Shown in pieces: positions 33,651 to 43,373 of a stretch of 64,000 nt of DNA. The translations under genes were made by a program, and so were the position numbers. The stretch is from Candidatus Bathyarchaeota archaeon (GTDB taxonomy: Archaea > Thermoproteota > Bathyarchaeia > 40CM-2-53-6): the NCBI GenBank assembly GCA_963706285.1, contig CAVPLU010000004.1, positions 224,001 to 288,000 of the forward strand, given 5' to 3'. How positions within the stretch are numbered: position 1 is the stretch's first letter; every line of letters begins with the position of its first letter. The notes beneath the pieces are model-generated. The model had not been told where the DNA came from, ran no database searches, and was given only the letters and a program-made list of their open reading frames with translations.

Positions 33651-34763
33651 TTGTGGTGCTGCGATCTGAAAGCATTGATATTGGCTGGGGGATATGCCAC
33701 TAGGCTTCGTCCTCTAAGCTACGCGCTTCCGAAGCTTCTCTTTCCAATCGGCGGCAGACCTGTCCTCGAACAGACAATCGACCATCTCTCATCCTTCGGC
33801 ATTGACGAGATTATTCTGGCTGTGAAGTACCTCGCGAATGAGTTGAGAGAGTACTTTGGGGAAGAGTATCATGGAGTGAAGATCAGATACTCTCTTGAGC
33901 CAAAACCCCTCGGAACAGGTGGGCCGATCGCGTTTGCACGCAAGTACTACGAGAAGGGTCAAACATTGCTTGTCATGAACGGCGACATCTTTGCGGAGAT
34001 CAACTTGGACGCCATGAAAAAGGTACACGAATCTAGTCACGCTCTTGCAACGGTCGCACTGCACGAGGTTGAGGATCCCTCGCGTTTCGGGGTCGTGAGG
34101 CTGGATCAGGATTCGAGGATACTCGAGTTCGTAGAGAAACCAAGACTAATCGACGCTCCGAGCCGGCTGATCAACGCTGGGGCGTATCTTCTCGAGCCAG
34201 GGGCCATCGATCTTATTCCTCAAGGCCGGAAAGTCGTGATCGAACGCGAAATCTTTCCCGCCCTTGCGAACGAGGGGCGACTATTCGGATATGTCCACTC
34301 GGGAAGTTGGTTCGATATCGGGAACATCAACGACTTTCGAATCGCCAACTTCACCTATCTTGAAGACAAAGCTCGCGGCAAGATCATCATTGGAGAAGAC
34401 ACCAGAGTTGCCAAGTCAACAAAGCTAACGCCACCTGCGCTCATAGGCGATCACACCATAGTTGAGAACGGAGCGAGCGTAGGCCCCAGAACGATCATCG
34501 GCCGCCATGTACGTATCGGCGAAAACTCAAGAGTTGTAAACAGCATATTGTTCGATCATGTCGAGGTGGGAAGAGACTCCTCAATCGAAGGAGCTGTAGT
34601 GGCGGACTCGGTTACAATCGGGAATGGGGTTGTTATACAGAAGGAATCGGTAATCTCAAGCCAAGTAACCATTCGTGACAATGTCCGAGTGACAAACGAT
34701 GTGTATATTCACCCATACAAGGAAATCAGTGCAGACATCTTGAAACCGGGGCATGTCGTCTAG
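33651..34763 (+). CDS. NDP-sugar pyrophosphorylase (mannose-1-P guanylyltransferase-like) with hexapeptide repeats
   Basis: LAGGYATRLRPL...PK, EPKPLGTGG, NGD, EKP, WFDIG, left-handed beta-helix tail. Confidence 0.92.
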   Translation: MWCCDLKALILAGGYATRLRPLSYALPKLLFPIGGRPVLEQTIDHLSSFGIDEIILAVKYLANELREYFGEEYHGVKIRYSLEPKPLGTGGPIAFARKYYEKGQTLLVMNGDIFAEINLDAMKKVHESSHALATVALHEVEDPSRFGVVRLDQDSRILEFVEKPRLIDAPSRLINAGAYLLEPGAIDLIPQGRKVVIEREIFPALANEGRLFGYVHSGSWFDIGNINDFRIANFTYLEDKARGKIIIGEDTRVAKSTKLTPPALIGDHTIVENGASVGPRTIIGRHVRIGENSRVVNSILFDHVEVGRDSSIEGAVVADSVTIGNGVVIQKESVISSQVTIRDNVRVTNDVYIHPYKEISADILKPGHVV

Positions 34764-36159
34764 AATGACTGAAATCTTGGATGAGAGGCGCCTCTTTGGA
34801 ACGAACGGCGTCAGAGGCGTTGTCAACAAGGACCTGACGCTTGAACTGGTTCTTGAGTTGTCGCAAGCTATTGGAGCCTTCTTCAAAGGAGGCAAGATGG
34901 TTGTAGGCTCTGACGGTCGCACGAGCAGCCCAGCTCTTCGGAACTTGGCCATGGGTGGACTTGCCTCAGTCGGATGCAAGGTTCATGATATCGGTCAAGC
35001 TCCAACCCCAATGATTGATTTCTTGACACGGGCTTGGAAAGCAGAAGGAGGAATCGCAGTCACCGCAAGCCACAACCCACCCGAGTACAATGGAATCAAG
35101 ACGATCAAATCAGACGGAGTCGAAACAGACCGAATTGAAGAACTCGAGATCGAGAAGATATACTTCAGCCGATCTTGGAAAAGAGCTGAATGGAACCACG
35201 TGGGCGATATTGTAGAGGAAACAGGAGCCGGGCTCCGCGAATACCTCGATTCCATCAAGAAAGAGGTAGACATCGCGAGAATACGTTCGCGGAATTTGAA
35301 AGTGGCTGTTGACCCAGGCAACGGTGTCTCAGCACTGACAACACCGATCCTCATGTCCGAACTCGGCTGCAAGGTCATTACAATCAACGCTAACGTTGAC
35401 GGAAGGTTCCCGGGAAGATTTTCTGAACCCAGACCAGACACGATCGGATCGCTGATGAGCTTAGTGAAGTCGTCGGATGCTGATTTCGGAGTGGCACTTG
35501 ATGGGGACGGAGACCGTGCCATATTCGTGGACGAGACAGGCGAGGCGCAATGGGGAGACAGAAGCTTTGCATTGGTCGCCGACGACTACCTCTCAACCAA
35601 CCCTGGCCACACGATAGTGACCCCAGTAAGCTGTTCCAGAGCGATCAAGGAGATCGCTGATTCGCGAAACGGGAAAATCGTTTGGACTAGAGTTGGAAGC
35701 GTAGACGTTTCTCATCGAATGATAGATCTGGGAGCCGGTCTTGGCGGGGAAGAGAACGGCGGCATCTTCTACGCACCACACATCCCAGTCCGAGATGGCT
35801 CCATGGCTGCGGCACTCATTGCAAACATAATCGCGAAAACTAGGCAACCGCTCTCTAGACTCCTGTCGCTCTTGCCATCATACCAACTCTACAAAGAGAA
35901 GGTGCCTTGTCCAAATCACTTGAAGCAGCAAGTTCTTGCCACCTTGCGTGAACGTACAAGCAAATACAACCCTGAAACGATCGATGGCGTCAAGGTTATG
36001 TTCGAAGATGGAACCTCCGTACTGTTGCGACCAAGCGGTACAGAACCGATCTTCAGAATCATGGCTGAAGGAAAATCCGAAGGCGCAGCAAGAAACGTGG
36101 CTGATGAGTACAAGTCGATAATCGCGAAGATCATCAAAGAGAAGAACACGGATGCTTGA
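34753..36159 (+). CDS. glmM: Phosphoglucosamine mutase / phosphomannomutase
   Basis: LFGTNGVRG, TASHNP, DGDGDR, GEENGG, RPSGTEP. Confidence 0.9.
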   Translation: MSSRMTEILDERRLFGTNGVRGVVNKDLTLELVLELSQAIGAFFKGGKMVVGSDGRTSSPALRNLAMGGLASVGCKVHDIGQAPTPMIDFLTRAWKAEGGIAVTASHNPPEYNGIKTIKSDGVETDRIEELEIEKIYFSRSWKRAEWNHVGDIVEETGAGLREYLDSIKKEVDIARIRSRNLKVAVDPGNGVSALTTPILMSELGCKVITINANVDGRFPGRFSEPRPDTIGSLMSLVKSSDADFGVALDGDGDRAIFVDETGEAQWGDRSFALVADDYLSTNPGHTIVTPVSCSRAIKEIADSRNGKIVWTRVGSVDVSHRMIDLGAGLGGEENGGIFYAPHIPVRDGSMAAALIANIIAKTRQPLSRLLSLLPSYQLYKEKVPCPNHLKQQVLATLRERTSKYNPETIDGVKVMFEDGTSVLLRPSGTEPIFRIMAEGKSEGAARNVADEYKSIIAKIIKEKNTDA

Positions 36160-37150
36160 CTATTACGCGGCCGGCATGGCTTTCACGGCCTCCGTGACCG
36201 CTTTTGTAGTCACTTATCTGACGATTCCACCTCTTGCGGCTTTGCTAAAGCGCCGAAGCATAGTAGGGATCGACATTCACAAACTCGACAGACCAAAGAT
36301 TCCTGAAATGTGCGGGCTCTCAGTGATAGCTGGAATTGCAGCGGGTATGCTCTCATTGGAATTACTGGGAGGACCTTCACGAGAGATCGTTGCCTTTCTG
36401 GCAACCGTTCTGATCGCTGGGGCAATCGGTGCCATCGACGATATTAGACCGCTGGGTCCGAAACTGAAACCAGCCTTGACAGCCCTCGCGGCGATCCCAA
36501 TTCTCCTCCTGGGCACTTACAACCCTCACCCTGTCTTCCCGCTAGTCGGCGCTTTCAGACTGACCATCATATACCCAATCCTGATCTTGTTCGCAATTGC
36601 TGTGCCGGCGAACGCGGTTAACATGCTGGATGTCTTCAACGGCTCTATGAGTGGAACTCTCACGATCGTGTCGCTCACACTTGCTGTAGTTCTCGCCGTT
36701 TCAGGCAAGACTACGGCTGTGGGTCTAGCGTTGGCATTATTCGGTTCACTGCTTGCCTTCTATCTGTTCAACCGGTATCCTGCACGTGTCTTCGGGGGAG
36801 ACACAGGAAGCCTAGCTGTCGGAGCCGCGGTCGGAGCGCTTGCCGTGATCGGACGGATCGAACTAGTCACAATCGTCGCCATTGCCCCGTACATAATGAA
36901 CTCATTCTATGGCCTCGCATCGATTGGGCGTCTATATGAAAGACGAGAGATCAAGCCCCGGCCTGTCAAATTGAGGAGCGACGGAATGCTCGAAGCGACC
37001 ACAGACAAGCGTGCCCCAGTCACCCTAACGAGATTGATTCTTGCCGAAGGTCCCATGCGCGAGCAGCAGATTGTCCGTGTCATGTTGCTGCTTACTGTCC
37101 TGTCGTCCGCGATGGCGCTGCTGGCTTCTCTCCTTGTCGGGGTACAATAG
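36152..37150 (+). CDS. UDP-GlcNAc:dolichyl-phosphate GlcNAc-1-P transferase (AglH/GPT-like)
   Basis: GIDIHK, PEMCG, GAIDD, NAVNMLDVFNG, FNRYPARVFGGDTG; multi-TM. Confidence 0.88.
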   Translation: MLDYYAAGMAFTASVTAFVVTYLTIPPLAALLKRRSIVGIDIHKLDRPKIPEMCGLSVIAGIAAGMLSLELLGGPSREIVAFLATVLIAGAIGAIDDIRPLGPKLKPALTALAAIPILLLGTYNPHPVFPLVGAFRLTIIYPILILFAIAVPANAVNMLDVFNGSMSGTLTIVSLTLAVVLAVSGKTTAVGLALALFGSLLAFYLFNRYPARVFGGDTGSLAVGAAVGALAVIGRIELVTIVAIAPYIMNSFYGLASIGRLYERREIKPRPVKLRSDGMLEATTDKRAPVTLTRLILAEGPMREQQIVRVMLLLTVLSSAMALLASLLVGVQ

Positions 37151-37403
37151 CATGCGGATAGTTGCGCTTGCGTTGTTCGTGATCTTCGTTTGTCTGTCGT
37201 TGATCTTTGGCGTTTTCGTCATCGTCAGATGTGTACTGTATGTCTTGCCCTATTCTGTGACACAGATCCGAATAGTCGTGGATGTTCTGAGAGTACTTCT
37301 TGCTATTGCGTTGGCTTACGTTTGGCTTAGGGTTTGGAAGGCAATTACTGATCTGTACTTCTGGCGATCCGTCGGTGTCATCAAAGGCCGAGGTGGGTCA
37401 TGA
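37151..37403 (+). CDS. Small two-TM membrane protein
   Basis: ATG directly after the GPT stop; two hydrophobic helices. Confidence 0.6.
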
Positions 37404-38433
37404 TGACGCGTAACGGGTCTTCCATCTTGGCAACTACGCGATCAGCTTTTTTCTTCTGACGAACCGCAAGATTGGGGTCAGCCAAGAACCTGCGCACCGT
37501 GGCGACAACCCTATCAACAGATAGCATCCTCTCGGCAAGCTTGAGCCTGAACAAGGACTTGTCAACGTACGTGGGTTCGGAAGGGTAGCAGCTTATTGTT
37601 GGAACTCCCATCAATGCCGACTCCGCGCTCATGGTTCCCCCTGCACCAATGAAGAACGAACACCGTGAGAGCAACGCGACGCCATCAACAACATTGGGCA
37701 GGACGGAAGCCACGCTGCTCAGCTCCTCTGTCAGCGCTTCAGCTTGCTTCTCATACCGCGGTAGCACGACAACTTGGGCACCTAGCTCTGCAAGCGGCTT
37801 CGCCAGTCGTGTAATGATGCTTTTTCTGGCTGTTGGAGTCTGGAGGTATGATGCGTACTCTTCTTCAGGTCGCAACACGACGATCGGCTTTTCGGTGTTT
37901 ACTCCCTGTATCTCTCTCGGATCCGATCCATGAGAATATTCACGGATCCACACTACGGGATCAAGTGCATTGTACTGAACTACGTCGGTTGAAACTACTG
38001 CATACCGTTTCCATGCGCCCTTGGGAATCACTCTCGGAGCAAATAGCTTTCTCAAAAGGGGAATTGTGAGTCTACAGACCGCCTCGGCGTGCGGGGAATC
38101 GCACATGGAATAGTGAGGGATACGAAGCCCGTACGCTACTCTTGCAGCTTCTGGCGAACAATAGGAGATCGCAATATCGGGAATCCTACTGCCTACGAAT
38201 TCGGCGAGTTCAGTAATCCTCTTTGAACTCTCAACGAGTTTTGCTGATAGATTCCCGCCACCATGCCTACCGATCGCTGTTGCGTTCGTTCCGCGTATCT
38301 GAAGGAGCTGCTCGACCTCTCTATAGCGTCTAGTAGTGACAAAAGTCTCATGCCCGTTTGCTGCAAGTCTAGTGACTAGAACTGAGAACAGATTTGCTTG
38401 TTTCGGTGTCAGTGCATCAATCCAGATCCTCAT
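37381..38433 (-). CDS. DUF354 (GT-B-like) protein
   Basis: IWIDALTPKQ, SPEAARVAYGL.IP, DSPH, RPEE..ASY, GAGGTMSAESAL. Confidence 0.88.
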   Translation of the reverse strand: MRIWIDALTPKQANLFSVLVTRLAANGHETFVTTRRYREVEQLLQIRGTNATAIGRHGGGNLSAKLVESSKRITELAEFVGSRIPDIAISYCSPEAARVAYGLRIPHYSMCDSPHAEAVCRLTIPLLRKLFAPRVIPKGAWKRYAVVSTDVVQYNALDPVVWIREYSHGSDPREIQGVNTEKPIVVLRPEEEYASYLQTPTARKSIITRLAKPLAELGAQVVVLPRYEKQAEALTEELSSVASVLPNVVDGVALLSRCSFFIGAGGTMSAESALMGVPTISCYPSEPTYVDKSLFRLKLAERMLSVDRVVATVRRFLADPNLAVRQKKKADRVVAKMEDPLRVIMTHLGL

Positions 38434-38584
38434 TGCGAGCTACCTGCTAGATCTGCACAGCGAACTCTTCGTCCCGATAGTAGAACACTTGTCGCAAGAT
38501 AATAACTCACATCCATCCTCTCTAGGAAAAGAGAAATTAACCTAAATACGTGTTTCACACGAGCGTACGCTCCGGTGTTTCTGA

Positions 38585-39967
38585 ATGTCATCCTCCGAGC
38601 TCATGGCCACGAACCCCGATAAGATTCCCATGAAACTGAAGGCGGGACAGTTTACTATCGAGGTGGTGGGACTCGGTTGGATGGGCCTACCTTTGGCCTG
38701 TCTATTCGCCAAAGCCGGTGCACGTGTTATAGGAGCAGATCAGAACTCATCTCTAGTGAAGACCATCAACTCTCGCAAGTCACCGATCAACGAAGATGGA
38801 ATGCCTGAGCTCCTGAGAAAAGTCGTATCCTCCGGCAAGTTCACAGCTACGACGGACACTGCAGATGCGTGTTCCAAGAGCGACGTAATCGCGATTATGG
38901 TGCCAACCCTGATCGATCGACACAAGAGACCGTACTATCAACATGTGGAAGAGGCCTGTATGGAAATCGGAAAGGGAATTCGACCTGGCTCTCTGGTTCT
39001 CTTCCAGAGCACTTGTGGACCAGGAGTGACCGACAGAGTGGTAAAGACAACCATCGAGAAACATTCGGGATTCAAAGCGGGACAGGATTTCGGAATGGCT
39101 TACAGCCCCATCAGAGCAATGGGAGGCCAGGGCCTTGTCGACATGCAGAAGTACGCTCGAGCTGTGGGCGGCATCGATAGGAAGAGTGCTGATGTTGCGA
39201 TCGCGGTTTTGTCTTGCATCGTTGATGGTCAGCTCATCAGAACTCGAGACATCCGCACAGCCGAAGCGTCAAAACTCTTTGAGACCATCTACAGAGACGT
39301 CAGCATAGCTCTAGCAAACGAGTTCGCGATGTTTTGCGAAGGAGCCGGAATCGATTACTTAGAGGCAATGCGTGCAGCCAATTCTCAACCGTATTCCCAC
39401 TTGTTGTCACCTGGAGCCGGCGTCGGCGGGCACTGCCTGCCTGTCTATCCGTATCTTCTCTCGGCTGAATCTGACGGGGGAAAACTGAAGATCCCCATGG
39501 ATTCAAGACGTACGAATGATCAGATGCCTAGTCACGTTATGAGACTCGCAGCTGATGGCTTGAGAACATGCGGCAGGAGCGTAAAGAGATCAAAGTTCAC
39601 AGTACTTGGGATCGCCTACCGACCAAATGTGAAGGAGACAAGATACTCTCCGTCGCTGGAACTTATCGGGTTACTCAAGAGGCGTGGCGGAAGAATCTGT
39701 GTCTATGACCCACTCTATTCTTCTGACGAGTTGAGGAAGATGGGATTTCATTCCGAACCTACCCTCCCTGGAGCCTTGGAGAAAGCTGATTGCGTAATCC
39801 TCACAGTGAGTCACAATGAGTTCAAGTCGATCAAGGGCATTGATCTCGCCGCCAACATGTCAAAGAACGCTGTCGTCGTCGATTGTACGGGGACCCTTGG
39901 GCCGGAAGATATTGAGAAGGTAGGTCTAATCTACAGAGGAGTCGGTAGAGGCGTCTGGTCCAAGTGA
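38585..39967 (+). CDS. Nucleotide-sugar dehydrogenase (UDP-ManNAc/GlcNAc DH family)
   Basis: GLGWMGLP, SKLFET.YRDV.IALANE, PGAGVGGHCLP, GIAYRPNV.ETR.SP. Confidence 0.92.
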   Translation: MSSSELMATNPDKIPMKLKAGQFTIEVVGLGWMGLPLACLFAKAGARVIGADQNSSLVKTINSRKSPINEDGMPELLRKVVSSGKFTATTDTADACSKSDVIAIMVPTLIDRHKRPYYQHVEEACMEIGKGIRPGSLVLFQSTCGPGVTDRVVKTTIEKHSGFKAGQDFGMAYSPIRAMGGQGLVDMQKYARAVGGIDRKSADVAIAVLSCIVDGQLIRTRDIRTAEASKLFETIYRDVSIALANEFAMFCEGAGIDYLEAMRAANSQPYSHLLSPGAGVGGHCLPVYPYLLSAESDGGKLKIPMDSRRTNDQMPSHVMRLAADGLRTCGRSVKRSKFTVLGIAYRPNVKETRYSPSLELIGLLKRRGGRICVYDPLYSSDELRKMGFHSEPTLPGALEKADCVILTVSHNEFKSIKGIDLAANMSKNAVVVDCTGTLGPEDIEKVGLIYRGVGRGVWSK

Positions 39968-40030
39968 TGGGGCAAGGATGAACCGATAAACAGAATATCA
40001 CACATGCCATAACTATGAGAGGGAGACTAG

Positions 40031-40300
40031 TTGAAGAAGAGACTGATGGACATACTCGCGTGCCCGATCGACAAGGCGTATCCACTCGAACTTCATGTCT
40101 TTGAGGAGAAAGACGAAATCGTCTCGGGGATGCTCGTTTGCTCCAAATGCAATAGATGGTATCCAATAATAGACGAGATCCCACACATGCTTCCGGATGA
40201 CCTCAGAGAAGAGAAGGAGGATATAGCCTTCCTTCGGAAATGGAAGGAGAAGATCCCTCAGGCAACGCTCTCCGAAGGCAAACCGTTCAAGCTTGCGTAG
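40031..40300 (+). CDS. trm112: Trm112 methyltransferase activator
   Basis: LMDILACPIDK...G.L.CSKCNRWYPIIDEIPHMLP. Confidence 0.9.
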   Translation: MKKRLMDILACPIDKAYPLELHVFEEKDEIVSGMLVCSKCNRWYPIIDEIPHMLPDDLREEKEDIAFLRKWKEKIPQATLSEGKPFKLA

Positions 40301-40302
40301 CT

Positions 40303-40752
40303 GGACTTCCCGATAGATGAAGGTTTTATAGCGACATCGTGGTCGGGGTAGTCTTGGCCCGGGGCTCGATAGCCCGGTGGGGGAGCAGTAGGTTGCTCCG
40401 CCGAATGTAGTGGACAAAGGAAACCGTATTCCGTCTAGGCATAGCGGGCTTTGGTTCTCGCTCAACGAGAAGAAACCCGCCGACGGGAGTTCGAATGGTT
40501 CGTCAGAGAACCCGAACATCTCCCCCGGGCTACCATCAACCACCGTCATTAACTTAGAGGTGGTTTCTCATCAGGGCAATCAACGCCCATGACCCACGCC
40601 TTTCCGGCCTCGATGAGAACTCTCAAAGTGGCCCCTCTTTCCCGGAAAGCGGCCCCTCTTTGGAGCATGTGATCAACCATGGAGGCTCTCCAGCATGATA
40701 GCCTTCATAGGGAGATTTTCCGAGAACGATTTAGCGGAATCGGAAGAAGTCC
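40303..40752. ncRNA. Putative ~450-nt highly structured non-coding RNA, family unassigned (+ strand slightly favoured)
   Basis: Intergenic between convergent genes; terminal helix GGACTTC/GAAGTCC closes about 10 nested helices (see findings). Confidence 0.6.
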
Positions 40753-40777
40753 CTTTGATTGCATCACTAGCGTTTCA

Positions 40778-41566
40778 TCAAAACTGTCCGGCTCCGCATG
40801 ATCTGCAGAATCTGTCCTCTGCAAGAATCAGCGCTCCACACTGCATGCAGTACTTGGTTGCCAACACAGGTGGTTGCATCATGCGTGCTTCTGGTCGGAA
40901 CGGAGAGGTTGCGAGAGCGATCCTTCTGAGCCTGAAGAAGACTATCCATCCTGCAACAACAACTCCGCCGGCAATCATGATGCCCACTAGTGGGCCTGTT
41001 CCAACCAGTCCGTAGTCGAATGTCGTGTGCATGATAACGGCTACACACAGGCCCGTGAGGCCTGAAGCTCTAGCGGATGAGAGTTTTCGGCGTGCGAGGC
41101 CGTATCCGATGATTGAGCCCCAGAGTGCGTGTCCTGGCACGGACAAAATCGCGCGAATAATCCCTAAAGTTGCTCCTTGACTCAACACATACAGCAGGTT
41201 CTCTGGTGCCGCAAATCCTAGACCCGCTATGGCACCATATACTAATCCATCCATCAGTTCGTTGAACTCGCGTGAATTGTACACTGAGATACGAACGGCC
41301 AGATACTTTGACGATTCTTCCACAAGCGATACCACTATCAGGAAATGCAGGAACAAAGCAAGCGGGTCGTTCGATGGTGGAAGAAATAGACTTCCAAGCA
41401 GCTCAGCGATCACTACTGGCACGACAAGGAAGGCGCCTAGAATGAACGTCTTGATGATGAGCTTGCGCGGTTCACGTTCGTACCGATCGCGAGTGTAGAC
41501 GAACCAAGCAAGAAAAACGATAGGAGCAAGGGCAATTCCGATCAGTTCAAGATCCACTTGCCACAC
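40778..41566 (-). CDS. PrsW-family intramembrane glutamic/metallo-protease with C-terminal zinc ribbon
   Basis: DRYEREP, VEESSK, GFAAPEN, R...VPGHA, H..FD; CMQCG...CRSCG. Confidence 0.9.
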   Translation of the reverse strand: MWQVDLELIGIALAPIVFLAWFVYTRDRYEREPRKLIIKTFILGAFLVVPVVIAELLGSLFLPPSNDPLALFLHFLIVVSLVEESSKYLAVRISVYNSREFNELMDGLVYGAIAGLGFAAPENLLYVLSQGATLGIIRAILSVPGHALWGSIIGYGLARRKLSSARASGLTGLCVAVIMHTTFDYGLVGTGPLVGIMIAGGVVVAGWIVFFRLRRIALATSPFRPEARMMQPPVLATKYCMQCGALILAEDRFCRSCGAGQF

Positions 41567-41677
41567 CTGTCATGCTAATTCTGTGGGGGTAACCCCCAGT
41601 CTATCCATCATAAGCGTCGCTGGTGCATTCAAGTGGAGTTGAAGAGGACTCAGCCTGAAGGTCGCATTACGGGCTTG

Positions 41678-43309
41678 TCAGCTGGCTTGGGGTGCTTTCA
41701 ATGGTTCTGACGAGACGATCCTTCTATAAAGGTCGTCGCTGAGTTTCCGTCCCGTTTTCTTCTCCCATTCGCTGATTGGCATTCCGTATTCTCTCTGGAC
41801 TTTGTCTCTGTACCATTCTGGGATTACGTTGAATGTGCAGAATGGGATTATGCGCTCGTCTGGCGTAGCGTAGTGGATTGCACAGCGTTTTGCTCTTTCA
41901 ATATCCCAATTGTAGAGGTCCTGGAAATGCATCAGGCCAATGAACAAGCTGTTGTGTTGGAGGACTCCCAGTGCATAGTAGTCGTGTTTGAGAAGTGCGT
42001 CGAACAGTATTCTTGACACGTTGAGTCCCTTCGGGGCCTTGCTCTTGTCCACGAATTTCGTGAAGAGCCTGTAAAGGAGCTTCAGGCCAACTGTGTATCT
42101 GCTGGAACCTTTTCGCAGATCGACGGCTTTCTCATCCAAGTATCCGAAGAATCCGTCCACGTCAACAAAACGGGGCATCGGAATAGTCTTCTCGCCATCT
42201 TGGAATACGTATGTTGCCATGCCGCAAGCGAAATGAGTTGACAACTCGTACTCCCGGTCATGTGTCAAGGCCTCCACAAAGTTGCTGAATGGCATGCATG
42301 ATGGAATTGGATAAAAGTCGTCGCGCGATATCTCCCCTGCGAAGTCCTCCTCTATCTTCATCATGACATCAGGGATAGTGATTCGAAAACGTTCTCTCTC
42401 CCGCTCCGGGACTCGTCCCACAATGGAGATGGGCTGGAAGTTGACCCCTCTAACCGAATCTAGGTTCTTAAGTGCAAATCTGAGAATACTCCCAACATCG
42501 GAATCATTGGTGCCCTTGATGACCGTTGGAACTAGAACGACGCCCACCCCTGCTTTCTTGCAGTTGTCCAAGACTCCAGGGATCTCCCTGTGGTTCTTCG
42601 GGTTCTTCTCGAGTGTCGTGCCGTCATAGCTCAGGTAGATCGTGTTGACACCGGCTTCCCTCACTTTCGCTGCGAGAGTAGGATCCCTCGACAAGTTGAT
42701 GCCATCTGTATTGAGTTGCACGTGGTCAATTCCCTCTTCCCTGCAGATCTTGATGATGTCGAGCAGGTCTTCACGGAGAGTAGGTTCCCCTCCGGTCAGT
42801 TGGATCGCGTTGCAGGGTACTGGTTTCTCATTCGTTAGTGACCTAACCATTGATCGAATCTGATCCAAGGACGGCTCGTAAACGTATCCAGCTTTCTCCG
42901 CGAAGAAGAAGCAGTACCAGCAGTTCAAGTCGCAGCGGTTCGTAAGGACAATGTTTCCAAGTGCGGTGTGACTCGTGTGCAGGTTGCAGAGACCGCAATC
43001 AATTGGACACACAGGGTTTTGTTTGCTGACGAAGGGATTGTCCACTCCCTTTCCGTCGCGTGCATAGCGTTTCGCTCGTTCGTATATGGCGCTGGATCCC
43101 CAGTAGAGTTCGTTGAATTCTCCATGCTTTGCACAGCTCTTGCGAATCCAGATTTTGCCTGCCTGTTCGTACACTTCGGCCTCCAGGATAGCTAGGCATT
43201 CTGGGCATAGGCTCTGCGTTTGGTTGATCAGTGTTACTGGTTGCAAACGAAGGGGGGATTCAGTGGCAGCTTTTGTCAATATCGTGATCTCCCTTCGAGG
43301 AGGGGGCAT
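41678..43309 (-). CDS. tes: Tetraether (GDGT) lipid synthase Tes / MJ0619-type radical SAM
   Basis: TQSLCPEC...C..HG, CPIDCGLC..H, NRCDLNCWYCFF, HFACG, C.IHYA.PD.RIIPFC. Confidence 0.85.
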   Translation of the reverse strand: MPPPRREITILTKAATESPLRLQPVTLINQTQSLCPECLAILEAEVYEQAGKIWIRKSCAKHGEFNELYWGSSAIYERAKRYARDGKGVDNPFVSKQNPVCPIDCGLCNLHTSHTALGNIVLTNRCDLNCWYCFFFAEKAGYVYEPSLDQIRSMVRSLTNEKPVPCNAIQLTGGEPTLREDLLDIIKICREEGIDHVQLNTDGINLSRDPTLAAKVREAGVNTIYLSYDGTTLEKNPKNHREIPGVLDNCKKAGVGVVLVPTVIKGTNDSDVGSILRFALKNLDSVRGVNFQPISIVGRVPERERERFRITIPDVMMKIEEDFAGEISRDDFYPIPSCMPFSNFVEALTHDREYELSTHFACGMATYVFQDGEKTIPMPRFVDVDGFFGYLDEKAVDLRKGSSRYTVGLKLLYRLFTKFVDKSKAPKGLNVSRILFDALLKHDYYALGVLQHNSLFIGLMHFQDLYNWDIERAKRCAIHYATPDERIIPFCTFNVIPEWYRDKVQREYGMPISEWEKKTGRKLSDDLYRRIVSSEPLKAPQAS

Positions 43310-43373
43310 TTGTCCTATTTACCCGTTCTGATTAGCGCTCAATGGAACATGCAAGGCACGCTTTTATCATCAG

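Noticed and set aside
40013-40549. 178-aa minus-strand ORF
   Set aside because: Overlaps trm112 antisense and the structured region; no recognisable motif.
40303-40752. SRP RNA, RNase P RNA, tmRNA or c-di-AMP riboswitch
   Set aside because: Only fragmentary resemblance (GGCCGGAAAGG, CGTCAG..AACC); diagnostic conserved blocks are absent on both strands by eye.
41678-43309. Tes as a novel finding
   Set aside because: Expected housekeeping lipid enzyme in GDGT-producing archaea.
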